Shown here: positions 49,582 to 60,328 of the stretch, piece by piece
Numbering within the stretch: the first letter of the stretch is position 1
How the letters are laid out: each line of letters starts with the position of its first letter
DNA from: a virus
Direction: 5' to 3' (one strand)
Length of the DNA stretch: 64,000 nt
Virus record (IMG/VR): IMGVR_UViG_3300040801_000976
Span: 64,787-128,786 of that record
Position numbers and translations under genes: made by a program
Notes under the pieces: generated by a model
What the model was told of the DNA's origin: nothing
Databases searched by the model: none
What the model saw: only the letters and a program-made list of their open reading frames with translations

Positions 49582-52056
49582 TTAACCACACTGACCATAA
49601 CCACACTCCGGGTTTTTACATTGAGCACACCCGCCCTCAACCACCATAACTTGACCACAAGAAGGACATACACGACCTTCGTCAATTGTAGTATACTTCT
49701 TCAATTGTCTAGCAATAACTTTAGCATAATCAGTAATAATACCGTCGTTATTGTTTAATACTTTTACAACATGATCTATTTTAGCACCTGTGCGCAACGA
49801 TAAAGATGCTAACAAAGTAACAGTACCATATTCAGGAATCTCGAATTCTTCTATTATATTATCAATTAAAACTTCATTATCGTCAGATAATAATACCCAA
49901 TGTTTTGATTTTTGTTTTTTAATAATTCCTGTATTTATAGAATCCGGTATATTAAATTTACCTCTAACCTTTAAAGCAAAAACTTCATAAGGCTTTTCTT
50001 CCAGAATACCTACCATTACAATATATTTTTGTCCTTTTATAGTAGGATGAAAGATATCGCAAGGTAGTTCTCTAGGTCTTTTAGGTGCGTCATATTGCGG
50101 AAATGTTATTTCGGTGTTTGATGTTGTGTTTAATACACCTGTCCTGGAACCTTCCCTATACACAGTAGACCCTTTACAACCACTGCGCCAAGCTTCCATA
50201 TAAATATTTTGTATATCTTCTATAGAAGCTGATTTAGGTAAATTTACTGTCATAGAAATTGAATGGTCGATGCTTTTTTGAATAACTCCTTGCATCTTAA
50301 CTTTATCTAATATATTAATTTCATGAGATGTACTACCATTATATGGTGATATTTTGGCACATGACTCTTTGTTTTCAGACAACTCGTCTAAAGATATACC
50401 TTTTATCCTTGCCCATTTTATAAAATTATTATGAAAAACAAAGTATTTTTTCCATTTATCACCTAGTTTATCCACTAAATCAAACTCTTCGTCATCCGCA
50501 ACTTTTCTACTTCTTTCGTACCATAACGCAAAAACAGGTTCAATCCCAGAGCTTTGATTATTAAGTAATATAGAAATAGTACCAGACGGAGGAATCGTTA
50601 GTATTGCTATATGTCTTCTTGGAATTCCTGTTACATTTATCCTATCAGTAAAATCGGAACCATCAACTTTAGAATCAAATGCTGGAAATGATCCTCTAGC
50701 TTCAGCTAATTTTATAGATTCTTGGTAACTGGTTTTAGCGTGAAGTTTATGAATTTTATCTACAAAAGATATTGCTTCCTCACTACCATATTTTAAGTTA
50801 AGCATAGCTAACATGTCACCATGACCTATTAAAGATATACCTAACCTTCGACCTCTTTCCGTAGATTTAAGAATATTTTGCCATAAATTCAACTCTACAG
50901 ATTTTGTTAAATCTGATTCGGGGTCATTTTTAACTTTTTGTATTATTGCATTGATTTTCTCAATTTCTAAATCAACTATAGCATCCATTATTCTAACAGA
51001 CTTTTTAACAAAAATAATAAACTTATCTATGTTAAATTTTGCTTCTTTAGTGAAAGGGTTTTCAACATAAGAAGTTAGTGGTATAGAAAATAATCTACAA
51101 CTATCGTAGGAACTTAATGGTATTTCCCCGCATGGATTCGTAGATTCTGATCTAAATTCTGGATAAGCATCAGCAGGGCTTTCTTTTATTATATTATCCC
51201 AGAATAAAATACCGGGCTCTGCTCTTCTCCAATTAACTTCTGATATCTTATTAAAAAGATCTCTAGCTTTAATATTCATTCTCATTACACCCGATTCATC
51301 TGTATATAATTTACCTAAAGGTACTGAATATTTATTGGTTAAGACAGCATCTACAGGAAATCTTAGTTGATGAATATCATCATGTAAAACAGCTTCCATG
51401 AATTCATCTGTTACTTTTACAGATACATTGGCTCCAGTAACAGATTCATCATCATCTTTCATAGATACAAAACGAAATATATCTATATGATTTACATGAC
51501 AAGACAGCATAAGTGCTCCACGTCTACCTTCCTGACCAACTTCTCTTGTTGAATTAGAAAATCTCTCGCAAAAAGATACAATTCCACTAGAAGTGCCAGC
51601 AGCATTTTTTACGGGTCTGCCGTGTGGACCTAAATGACTTACATCTAATCCTATACCACCCCGTCTCTTAGCTATTTGAACAATTTCCTGATCATTTCTT
51701 AGAATAGAACCGTAACTATCTTCTTTATTTCCAGAAGTAACAAAACAATTACCTAAAGAAACTACTGAAAATGGATTATCAACACCGGTTATTATTGAAC
51801 CACCCGGCATTAACAGGTTATTAATAAATGATTGTGTCAAATCATCTATATCCAAAGAACAATCTGAGTATTTAGAGTCTATCCTAACTACTTCTTTTGC
51901 AATTTTATAAAATCGTTCAAAAGGAGAACTTTCTACAAATTCTTCTTTATTATTTTTTAATATATATTTTTTTAACCAGATAGTTGTCGCCAACTCATCG
52001 TTGTTAAAGAATTTTAAGGTATTTTCTTTTACAATTTTTTCGTCAAATACTTTCAT
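49582..52056 (-). CDS. nrdJ: class II (adenosylcobalamin-dependent) ribonucleotide reductase
   Basis: NCF, GRRGALM, TNPCGEIPL, PPSGTIS, DHSISMTVNLP, GCKGSTVYREGSR; C-terminal TSCPD-like region and Zn ribbon; no beta subunit nearby. Confidence 0.92.
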   Translation of the reverse strand: MKVFDEKIVKENTLKFFNNDELATTIWLKKYILKNNKEEFVESSPFERFYKIAKEVVRIDSKYSDCSLDIDDLTQSFINNLLMPGGSIITGVDNPFSVVSLGNCFVTSGNKEDSYGSILRNDQEIVQIAKRRGGIGLDVSHLGPHGRPVKNAAGTSSGIVSFCERFSNSTREVGQEGRRGALMLSCHVNHIDIFRFVSMKDDDESVTGANVSVKVTDEFMEAVLHDDIHQLRFPVDAVLTNKYSVPLGKLYTDESGVMRMNIKARDLFNKISEVNWRRAEPGILFWDNIIKESPADAYPEFRSESTNPCGEIPLSSYDSCRLFSIPLTSYVENPFTKEAKFNIDKFIIFVKKSVRIMDAIVDLEIEKINAIIQKVKNDPESDLTKSVELNLWQNILKSTERGRRLGISLIGHGDMLAMLNLKYGSEEAISFVDKIHKLHAKTSYQESIKLAEARGSFPAFDSKVDGSDFTDRINVTGIPRRHIAILTIPPSGTISILLNNQSSGIEPVFALWYERSRKVADDEEFDLVDKLGDKWKKYFVFHNNFIKWARIKGISLDELSENKESCAKISPYNGSTSHEINILDKVKMQGVIQKSIDHSISMTVNLPKSASIEDIQNIYMEAWRSGCKGSTVYREGSRTGVLNTTSNTEITFPQYDAPKRPRELPCDIFHPTIKGQKYIVMVGILEEKPYEVFALKVRGKFNIPDSINTGIIKKQKSKHWVLLSDDNEVLIDNIIEEFEIPEYGTVTLLASLSLRTGAKIDHVVKVLNNNDGIITDYAKVIARQLKKYTTIDEGRVCPSCGQVMVVEGGCAQCKNPECGYGQCG

Positions 52057-52101
52057 TTATAAAATTTAGAAAATTAAGTTCGTTATCATTAATGTAAAAT
52101 T

Positions 52102-52350
52102 TTAAAAAATAGCATCTAATTCTATTAAATTTAATATAAAACTCTTTTCAATTGCATTACCTAGTTTTTCTAATTTAAGTATTTGATTTTGATCAATATC
52201 TTTTATATAAATAAAATCTATATTTGATAATGATTCAAACAGTGGCTCAATAAACTTTATAGACTCTTCTAAATCTAAATTTAATTGAATTTTGGACCAC
52301 GCCAAAATAACCACTTCATTTTTCTTAAACCTTATTTCTACAAATGTCAT
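52102..52350 (-). CDS. hypothetical protein
   Basis: 82-aa ORF with ATGA overlap. Confidence 0.5.
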   Translation of the reverse strand: MTFVEIRFKKNEVVILAWSKIQLNLDLEESIKFIEPLFESLSNIDFIYIKDIDQNQILKLEKLGNAIEKSFILNLIELDAIF

Positions 52351-52844
52351 ATTTTATTTTGAGATAATATTTTCCTTCTTGTTAATTCTTTATAAAGTAA
52401 TTTAAACTCTTCTAAAGAATAAACAATATATCCTTTATATCCTTTTAACTTAAACAACTTCCATCGTAGTTTAAAAACTTCATCAGCATAACCTTTAATC
52501 TCTATGTATACATCAAACTCAGGTAAGTAATAATCAGGAGTATAGTGTATTTCTTGCTGTGAAATACTTTTAATTTCTCTTTTATTGCGTTTTTCCTTTC
52601 TTGCTTTAGCAGTTTGTCTGGGTTTCTGGAATTCTTCGGTATTTACTGAATCAAATAATTTTAATGTAATTTGAGTTTTAAAAGAGATACCAGAATCCTT
52701 CAGATATTCCCAGACTTCCCATTCCAGTTTACTATCAAAATAACGTTTACCAGGATTATTTTTTATCCAAGATTTTAAATTCTTTATAGCTACACCGTTT
52801 TCATCTACTTTATTTACAACTACTCTTCCAGCGTATCGTGCCAT
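52347..52844 (-). CDS. PD-(D/E)xK endonuclease (DUF1064 / resolvase-like)
   Basis: FDSKLE...YTPDYY...IEIKG. Confidence 0.75.
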   Translation of the reverse strand: MARYAGRVVVNKVDENGVAIKNLKSWIKNNPGKRYFDSKLEWEVWEYLKDSGISFKTQITLKLFDSVNTEEFQKPRQTAKARKEKRNKREIKSISQQEIHYTPDYYLPEFDVYIEIKGYADEVFKLRWKLFKLKGYKGYIVYSLEEFKLLYKELTRRKILSQNKI

Positions 52845-54409
52845 ACATCATCTTCTGTTATTATAAAATTTTTAGAATTTAATATTGTTGTAGCGATGGC
52901 TAATGCTTGTTGTAAAGCTTTAATTTGAACATCAACCGGATCTAAAATACCCAATTCTAATGGCAATCCTTGCTTGCCTGTTCTAAGATCTACTACAAGT
53001 CCTTCGTTATATAAATTTAATAAATCATCTATATTTAATTCTGTATCCTTTATTAGTACATTTATAGGAGATTTACATAATGTTTCCATGTGAGAAGAAG
53101 AGAATTTTAATTTTTCCTCAACCCATGCTTTATATAATATGTAACCCGCACCGGGTACTACACCACTTCTAATAGCAGAAGAAACTGCTTGTACAGCATC
53201 ATCTATCCTATCCTTTTGTTCTTTCATAGCTGATTCTGTAAAACCACCTACACGTATCGTAGCTGATTTATTGAATTTAGATAATCTCTTTTTTAACTGA
53301 GATAATTCACCCGTTTTAGAATCACCAGAAGATTTTATCTTTTCTATCTTAGATAAAATTAATTTTTTACGTTCTAAAGCATCCATATTATCTTCCAACA
53401 TCTTATCCTTTAATAACACAGTCTGATTGGGAGAAATTATAGCTTTATCAACAACACTTAGATCTTCTTGCAAATTCATTATAGATAAATTTGCAGAATT
53501 AACATCGGTAGTAAGTACTTTTGTATTTAATATTATAGACATATCATCCATAATATCATAAAAAGTATGGGCAAAACCGTCTGCTTCTACTAAAAACAAA
53601 GAGGTTAAGTTCATGGCGTTATTACGATATATTATATCTACAATATCTTTAGTAAATTCTTTTGCTATTAAAATAATACTACCGTCTCTTTGTGTTTTAA
53701 CAGAATTAGCTATTTTTAACAAAGATTTGATAGAAGATATATTAGAAATTTTATCTGAACATAAAACTACTTGAGGTTTATATAACTCTTCTGTTTTATA
53801 CACATGTGCTTTAGTATACATAGACATACCATCAGTAATATGTACAGTAGTTTGATGGGATTCTGATTCTTCTACTTCTAGTATACCCTCAAATCCAATT
53901 TTATCTATAGCGTGTGCTATAATATCTGTAACTTCTGTATCACCATTTGAAGATATATTAGCAACAGCATCTACTATATTTCTAGAATTAACATTTATAG
54001 TATTTCTCTTTATAAAATCAATAATAATGTCAATATCTTTTTTAACCGACTTCAAATGTTGTATTCTAGAAGTGTGATTTTTCGATACCGCAAATATACT
54101 TTTAATAAGAGATATAGCTAATAAAATAGAAGTAGTAGTACCATCACCCACCGTTTTAGCTGTTTTACGCGCTGTCTCTTTTACTATTAAATTAATAGCT
54201 TGTTCAAAAGGATCTTTAAAATTTAAAAATTCAGAAACACTAACTCCGTCTTTAGTTATATGTGGTGAATTAATACCGTCAAATAGCACAGCTGTATTTC
54301 CGTTCGGACCCATTGTACTAATAACTGTACTATTTATTTTATTTAATATTCTTAATAACTTATCTTTTACTTCTTTATCAGAAATATCTAAAATATTTAC
54401 TGGTTTCAT
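52820..54409 (-). CDS. groEL: GroEL-like chaperonin
   Basis: STMGPNG, ITKDGVSV, VGDGTTTS, DRIDDAV, GVVPGAG, GILDP. Confidence 0.93.
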   Translation of the reverse strand: MKPVNILDISDKEVKDKLLRILNKINSTVISTMGPNGNTAVLFDGINSPHITKDGVSVSEFLNFKDPFEQAINLIVKETARKTAKTVGDGTTTSILLAISLIKSIFAVSKNHTSRIQHLKSVKKDIDIIIDFIKRNTINVNSRNIVDAVANISSNGDTEVTDIIAHAIDKIGFEGILEVEESESHQTTVHITDGMSMYTKAHVYKTEELYKPQVVLCSDKISNISSIKSLLKIANSVKTQRDGSIILIAKEFTKDIVDIIYRNNAMNLTSLFLVEADGFAHTFYDIMDDMSIILNTKVLTTDVNSANLSIMNLQEDLSVVDKAIISPNQTVLLKDKMLEDNMDALERKKLILSKIEKIKSSGDSKTGELSQLKKRLSKFNKSATIRVGGFTESAMKEQKDRIDDAVQAVSSAIRSGVVPGAGYILYKAWVEEKLKFSSSHMETLCKSPINVLIKDTELNIDDLLNLYNEGLVVDLRTGKQGLPLELGILDPVDVQIKALQQALAIATTILNSKNFIITEDDVWHDTLEE

Positions 54410-54419
54410 ATTTTATTGT

Positions 54420-55535
54420 TTAATCAGGTCTTTTAATATCAATACATACAGGAAATCTTAAACTTCCATCTGGAGTTTCACCAAAATGTCGTACAGTAGC
54501 ATTTTCACCTATTAACTCTTCAGCATTATCTAAAAGATATTTACAATACTTCCAAGAACCTCTAATCCCACAACCTACAAATTTATCATTATGTTGGATG
54601 AATACTGTTCCGGCAATATCGTATTTATTCCCTTTTCCTGCAACTATATCATGTATTTTAAATTCCTCTGTTATAAATTGTTTAATTTTCATTAAGGTTT
54701 TTGTTCTCTTATTTACATAAGGTGAATCATATACCCGCGCAATACTACCTTCATACCCATCAAGTAAATGTCTTTTAGTGCATTCTTCGAACTGGTCCTT
54801 GGTAGTCACAACTTCCCATTCTACTAATTTTATATAATCGCATTCGACTAAATGATTGTTTAACCATCTTTTACGTTCTATAGCAGGCATATCAGGATTA
54901 GCTGAATCATGAATATCGTAAACATGGTACTCTAACTTTTCTTCAGAAATCTTTAAATCTTCAACCGATGGTTTAGTTTTTCTAGCAATACTCATTAAAG
55001 TATTAAAATCTTCTTTAAATTCATGGTTATAGATTTCTCCGTCCAATCTGATTGTAGGATATTTTCTATAAAATTTTTTAAGAAAATTTTTTATATGAGG
55101 TACAGTAGGGATATTTTTACCTTTTCTACTTATACATTCTTCATAAACACTGGTCATACGCATACCATCAAGTTTTGGATCAAGTATTAGAGGAAAAGTT
55201 TTATCTTTATCTTTTACTTTATCCCATTCAACAGCTAACATAGGTTTAAAAAATTTACCGTCGATATTCTCTAACGCTTCTTCTTTTGATGTAAAATAAC
55301 CCTCATTAACTTTTTTAGTGTACTTTGCTAAAATTTCAGCATCTGCTTGTTGTACACTTGTAGTTTCATTAGATCTTCCAATATTCTTTGGTTTGCACAC
55401 AGTCCATTTGGAACTAACTAAGTTTCCCTGGTCAACACCAGTTACCATCCTGTATTTTTCTTCCTCTTGTTCTATAAAGTAGACTCTTACTTTATTAGCA
55501 GAGTCTACTTTAAATAGTTTATGATGCTTAATCAT
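54420..55535 (-). CDS. ATP-dependent DNA ligase
   Basis: PMLA, PKLDGMR, LDGEIY, YDI, EGSIAR, KIK, LRFP. Confidence 0.93.
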   Translation of the reverse strand: MIKHHKLFKVDSANKVRVYFIEQEEEKYRMVTGVDQGNLVSSKWTVCKPKNIGRSNETTSVQQADAEILAKYTKKVNEGYFTSKEEALENIDGKFFKPMLAVEWDKVKDKDKTFPLILDPKLDGMRMTSVYEECISRKGKNIPTVPHIKNFLKKFYRKYPTIRLDGEIYNHEFKEDFNTLMSIARKTKPSVEDLKISEEKLEYHVYDIHDSANPDMPAIERKRWLNNHLVECDYIKLVEWEVVTTKDQFEECTKRHLLDGYEGSIARVYDSPYVNKRTKTLMKIKQFITEEFKIHDIVAGKGNKYDIAGTVFIQHNDKFVGCGIRGSWKYCKYLLDNAEELIGENATVRHFGETPDGSLRFPVCIDIKRPD

Positions 55536-57057
55536 AATTTAAACTTAAATCCATACTCATAATCGATTTAAATGTATTATCAAATCCCAAGAATTTAATA
55601 CCAGGTGAACTTCCTGTGGATACTGTTTTACCAAACCGCTTATCAAGAGGGCAAAATGAAGGTAGTACTTCTTTTCTATACTTTAAACCATCATCTTTTG
55701 ATTTTATAGATCTACTATGATAATGCCCTGTACAAATATAATTAAATTTATTAGGATCTCCATAATTCCAAGAAAGTGCACGTGCATCTTCATTATCTAC
55801 TTTATTGTCTCCATGTAATAAAATAATACATAGATTAGGATCGTTATTATCAACAATCATATCGGAGTCAAATTTAACAGGTACACCTTCAAGACTAGTA
55901 TCTAGCATGTAAGCTATTAATTTACCAGCTTCATCAGTTCTATCCATTGATTTATCTGCTTGTAATCGGTCATGATTACCACCAACTATATTCACAGCAT
56001 ATAAATTATTAATAGAACTTAAAAACCTAAATAAGATTTGAAATGGATTTATAATAGAGTCTGCACCATGATAACCGGATTCTAAACCTTTCCAACTATC
56101 TTTATGATTTAAACCAGATACTGATTCAATTATATCCCCTAAGAAATGTACAATAACAGGAGCATCTGTATCTTTTAAAAAGTCTAAAACAATACCTAAT
56201 TTAGATTCAATGATTTTAGAATTATAATTATCCTGTTCCATTCCTATATGCATATCTGGTATCACTAGGTGTACAAATTCAGATATATCTATAGGATTAC
56301 TGTTTAGTGAATCAAACTTTTTAGTCGGAAGTAACATTTTTAAATTGTCAACAATAGACTGTAGGTAGGAATCTTTATTCCTATTTTTTACAATTTCTTT
56401 AGTATATAATTTATTAAGATGACTAGTTACTACACCCCCTTCTTTTTCACCTAATTTATCCAGAATAACTTCTACATTTGATTGTATATAAGTAGATAAC
56501 TCATTTTCCGGCAATTTAAGGTTTTCTGTAGCTTTAGAATAAGGATTAGATTCTTTTGTTATTCCTGCATAATTAAGTATAGAAGAAAATAATCCGGGTT
56601 CTATATCCAATAACTGTTGTACCACAGGTCCAGATAGATTTAATCCTTTTCTGGTATAAGCACAACAAATCTGATCTACAATAGATGACTCATAACGATA
56701 TACTACATCTTTGTACTTAAATACAATACCTTTAAAATTCGTAGCGTCGTCTTTGTTCATTTCCTTATCATATTGTTCTAATTCTTCTAAAGTCGGTTGA
56801 TTAGATAATTTTTCTACCTCATAGTCAGATAATACTGGATCACCGATAGGATCACTATTAATATCGTTACTTAACGAATTATCACTATCTAAACGCACTT
56901 CTTTATGATATAAAGCTATATACCTTCGCATAGTTCGATGAGATAAACCAATATCTTTATGATCATCTAATAGTTTTTTGGCAATCGTCGAGAAATTTTC
57001 ACCGTTGTATAATTTAATATACTTTAAAATTAAGGATTTAATTTTTTTTCTATCCAT
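55528..57057 (-). CDS. metallophosphoesterase/exonuclease (SbcD/Mre11-like fold) with N-terminal extension
   Basis: PDMHIG, LGDIIE, GGNHDR, LHGD, TGHYH. Confidence 0.8.
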   Translation of the reverse strand: MDRKKIKSLILKYIKLYNGENFSTIAKKLLDDHKDIGLSHRTMRRYIALYHKEVRLDSDNSLSNDINSDPIGDPVLSDYEVEKLSNQPTLEELEQYDKEMNKDDATNFKGIVFKYKDVVYRYESSIVDQICCAYTRKGLNLSGPVVQQLLDIEPGLFSSILNYAGITKESNPYSKATENLKLPENELSTYIQSNVEVILDKLGEKEGGVVTSHLNKLYTKEIVKNRNKDSYLQSIVDNLKMLLPTKKFDSLNSNPIDISEFVHLVIPDMHIGMEQDNYNSKIIESKLGIVLDFLKDTDAPVIVHFLGDIIESVSGLNHKDSWKGLESGYHGADSIINPFQILFRFLSSINNLYAVNIVGGNHDRLQADKSMDRTDEAGKLIAYMLDTSLEGVPVKFDSDMIVDNNDPNLCIILLHGDNKVDNEDARALSWNYGDPNKFNYICTGHYHSRSIKSKDDGLKYRKEVLPSFCPLDKRFGKTVSTGSSPGIKFLGFDNTFKSIMSMDLSLNYD

Positions 57058-58196
57058 TAAGCTGAAAGTTTTAATAAGAGTTGGTTTAACTCAACCACTC
57101 TTGTTTCTTTAAAATAAACGTCTGAAAGTTCTGTAAACATATTCTTTAAATGAAATAAAGTACTTTTAAACCCATGGTTATTACAATAGTCACTAATATC
57201 TTTATCATCTGGTCTATTAGTGTGAGGATTAATTTTATTACTCACCCACTTTTGTTTAAAACCAAATTCTTTAACTAGATTATTACTAGCAATTTTACCA
57301 GCTTCATCGTAATCATAAATAATATAAATATTTTTATATGTATTTTTAATATAATTAATTTTACTGGGTGTAAAATGCATAGATTCACCCTGGGGCGCTA
57401 TAACATCAACATTCATAAAGGATTTAAAAGTCATAATATCTTTTAAACTTTTGGTTATTATTAGTGTATCAAAGCCCTCTAATTGCTGCCATCCTTGTAT
57501 ATATTCCGAAGGACAGGTATTACGCCATTTAAATGTGGGCTTTGCTTCTGGTTGATATAATTTAACTTTATCATAAATAACATAAACATAAGCTAGTTTA
57601 AATGTTGAAAATGTTTTAATAATATTAAATTCATCGTCCAATAGATGTTTAACAGATCTAACATCATACTTTTTTAATAAACATTCATCGATACCAAAAT
57701 TTAGCCACCAGAGTAAATCTCTACGTGTGTAATTTCTGGATGAAAAGTATATGTTTTTACTCTCTTTTAGTTTATTATAATTAATTTTTCTTTTTTTAAT
57801 ATACTTATTACCATTGTTGTTGTCAAAAATACCTAATTCAAGTTGTTTATCAATAAAAAAGATAATTTCTTTGATACTAGTTAATTCAATATCATAATGA
57901 ATTCTAGCATAATGTTTGACAAATGAAAAAATATCCCCACTACCATCCCTAAAATCTCTATACCAAACCTCTTCCGGTCTAGTATTCTTCTTTTTAGTTG
58001 GTATAAATAACGAAAAGGAAGGTACATCGTCGTCAGACCTTAGAGGCGAATTAACTGGTTTACCAATATCAAATTCAACACCAGTTAATTCGCAGTAAAT
58101 ATCTATATCGTTTACTTCTAAAAGTAATTTATCAACAATAGCAGATTTATTTTCTATAAATAATTTAAATAAATTCATGAGAATTAATATTCTCAA
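57057..58196 (-). CDS. DNA primase (TOPRIM, crAss-like)
   Basis: SPLRSDDDVPSF, YRDF, IITKSLKDIM, IYDYDEAG, KDISD. Confidence 0.82.
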   Translation of the reverse strand: MRILILMNLFKLFIENKSAIVDKLLLEVNDIDIYCELTGVEFDIGKPVNSPLRSDDDVPSFSLFIPTKKKNTRPEEVWYRDFRDGSGDIFSFVKHYARIHYDIELTSIKEIIFFIDKQLELGIFDNNNGNKYIKKRKINYNKLKESKNIYFSSRNYTRRDLLWWLNFGIDECLLKKYDVRSVKHLLDDEFNIIKTFSTFKLAYVYVIYDKVKLYQPEAKPTFKWRNTCPSEYIQGWQQLEGFDTLIITKSLKDIMTFKSFMNVDVIAPQGESMHFTPSKINYIKNTYKNIYIIYDYDEAGKIASNNLVKEFGFKQKWVSNKINPHTNRPDDKDISDYCNNHGFKSTLFHLKNMFTELSDVYFKETRVVELNQLLLKLSA

Positions 58197-58205
58197 TATA
58201 AACTA

Positions 58206-58916
58206 TTAAATTGAATCTAATGCATTTACAGAAGCTTTTATTTCTTTAGGAGATTCATTCGTAGTATTATTTCTTGGAGCCTCACCTACTGAATCTGGTT
58301 TAGCTTTACGATCTCTAGTTAAACCTTTTTCTCTCATACGTAATTCAGAAGCTGAAATAGGAGGTAAATTATTCTCAGAGTCCATCGGTAATACCCAATC
58401 CATTGTAGAAGCGGTGATAATATACCCTTTACTGTTATTTATCATTTTACACTTCAACAGTTTACTATCTAACCCAAAAGTTAAATTCTGTGACTTAAAA
58501 CCATTTACCAAAGCATTTTGTACTTTTTTAGCGTTATCAGCACTTTTTAGAAACTTTTTAATAGCACTTTCTTCAGTAGAATCTAGTATACCCACAACTT
58601 CTTCATCATATTTATTTACGTCTCCTCCTAAAGCAGAAATTAATCCGCTAATAACTGTGAATTGAGACATCATATTATCAAAAGCAAAATCTTTTGTCGA
58701 ATCAATGTCAAAGAAATTAATTTCAGTTGAAGCTATTGCTTTACGCGTTTCTGGATTTACTTTAGTAAGTCGAATAAAAGTGTTAGCTCTAATCCTAATA
58801 CCTTTGTTTTTTCGGTCGCCAAAATCAACAGATTCCACCACTACGTTTTCATTATGACCAAAATCCAAAGGTGTGGAAATTGGCATACTCTCTATAAATT
58901 TTTGAAATATATTCAT
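58206..58916 (-). CDS. replication-module protein, paralogue B (possible ssDNA-binding protein)
   Basis: Aligns by eye over its length with 58930-59568; lies between recombinase and primase. Confidence 0.6.
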   Translation of the reverse strand: MNIFQKFIESMPISTPLDFGHNENVVVESVDFGDRKNKGIRIRANTFIRLTKVNPETRKAIASTEINFFDIDSTKDFAFDNMMSQFTVISGLISALGGDVNKYDEEVVGILDSTEESAIKKFLKSADNAKKVQNALVNGFKSQNLTFGLDSKLLKCKMINNSKGYIITASTMDWVLPMDSENNLPPISASELRMREKGLTRDRKAKPDSVGEAPRNNTTNESPKEIKASVNALDSI

Positions 58917-58929
58917 ATCTAATTATAAA

Positions 58930-59568
58930 TTAAAGTGTTGTGTTTTCAGACATATTCTTTTTACTAACAGTACCGGCTTTAGATTTTAATCTAAGTTCAA
59001 AATCATCGAATTTTAAATCAGATTCTTTCTTAATCATGGGCTCAACGAACGAGCCTTTAGATGGAATATCTGTGTCTTCACCTTTATAATTAGGTACCAT
59101 TTTCACTCGAAGTGGTTGCTCTGAAGAATTTATATATGGTTTGATTGCCTCCGAAAAAATCGAATTGAGTTTTTCCATTAAAGATTTAACTTCGCTTTTT
59201 TTCCACTTTTTTGATTCTATATCAACAGTATCCGTTATATCTTCAAATTCAGAAAAAACATCTTTAAATTTATCAACAGCTTCATCATATGACATAAATG
59301 CTTTTAGTATATCAATTATTTGAAAACAAAACATTCTTAGATTAATGATAAAAAACTCACTGGTTGGATCTGGAGTCCACCAAGAAAGTTCAGTTTCACC
59401 TATCTTTTTGTCTTCTTTAAATTTAGCAAAAGTAATAAATAAATTTCTCTTTATCACTTCTCCGTTTCTGTTTTTTCTAGGATTAGGATCAACTCTTGTT
59501 ATTCTACAATTATCATGAATATCGGCAGTCAAATCCGCTACCTTTACTTTATTTAATAATGATGGCAT
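58930..59568 (-). CDS. replication-module protein, paralogue A (possible ssDNA-binding protein)
   Basis: Aligns by eye with 58206-58916. Confidence 0.6.
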   Translation of the reverse strand: MPSLLNKVKVADLTADIHDNCRITRVDPNPRKNRNGEVIKRNLFITFAKFKEDKKIGETELSWWTPDPTSEFFIINLRMFCFQIIDILKAFMSYDEAVDKFKDVFSEFEDITDTVDIESKKWKKSEVKSLMEKLNSIFSEAIKPYINSSEQPLRVKMVPNYKGEDTDIPSKGSFVEPMIKKESDLKFDDFELRLKSKAGTVSKKNMSENTTL

Positions 59569-59608
59569 AATTAATGATTAATTATTTTTTGTTTTATAAA
59601 TATCTAAT

Positions 59609-60259
59609 TTAATTATCTGTTGTGATTATAACTTCACCTAAATCATCTAATTCCACATCGGAATTACCTTCTACATCATTCATTTCTAGATCAGTATAAA
59701 TACCAGAAAAAACCTCTGGAAATAGGGCTCTAGCTCCATAAGCTAGACATCTAGCACGCATCATTTCTTTCGGATATTTTAACCAATTTTGTTTTTCAGT
59801 ATATCCAGCTAAAGACATTTGTGCCCAAGTAACAGAGAATTTAGTTTCTAACTCTCTGCCATCTAGTTCTTTTTCTTTCCATATAAATCTAACAGTAGTT
59901 CTTTTATTAACAGAACCGTTTGCTAGTACTTCAGGTTTTCCTGCGTCATCTTTTATAGATACAAAATCTTCTTCCCATAGAAATATAATACCGCGCCTTT
60001 TTAATAATGCACCGACCATAGATGAACCTAATGTAGGCCTTCCATTAATAACATGAATGTTTTGTAATGATACAAATGGACTTAAACCAAGTTCTTTACC
60101 ATGCTGTACGATTGTCATAGCAGCTTCTGGTGTTTCTATGGACTCCGGTAATAATCCAGAATTAATAGCAAAGTTAGCCCATCGTTTAAGTTCTTCATAA
60201 TTATTAAAGTTCTCTAACTTAGTTAAAGCATAATCATTTTCTTGTTTTTTGTTTGTCAT
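59609..60259 (-). CDS. single-strand annealing recombinase (RecT/Red-beta-like)
   Basis: GKELGLSP...IHVINGRP...NWLKYPKEMMRARC...FPEVFSGIY; acidic tail. Confidence 0.8.
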   Translation of the reverse strand: MTNKKQENDYALTKLENFNNYEELKRWANFAINSGLLPESIETPEAAMTIVQHGKELGLSPFVSLQNIHVINGRPTLGSSMVGALLKRRGIIFLWEEDFVSIKDDAGKPEVLANGSVNKRTTVRFIWKEKELDGRELETKFSVTWAQMSLAGYTEKQNWLKYPKEMMRARCLAYGARALFPEVFSGIYTDLEMNDVEGNSDVELDDLGEVIITTDN

Positions 60260-60328
60260 TTCTAATAACCAATATTTTATTTATAATAATTTTATCTCTT
60301 TTAGTTACTAGAATTTAAATAATAATTT

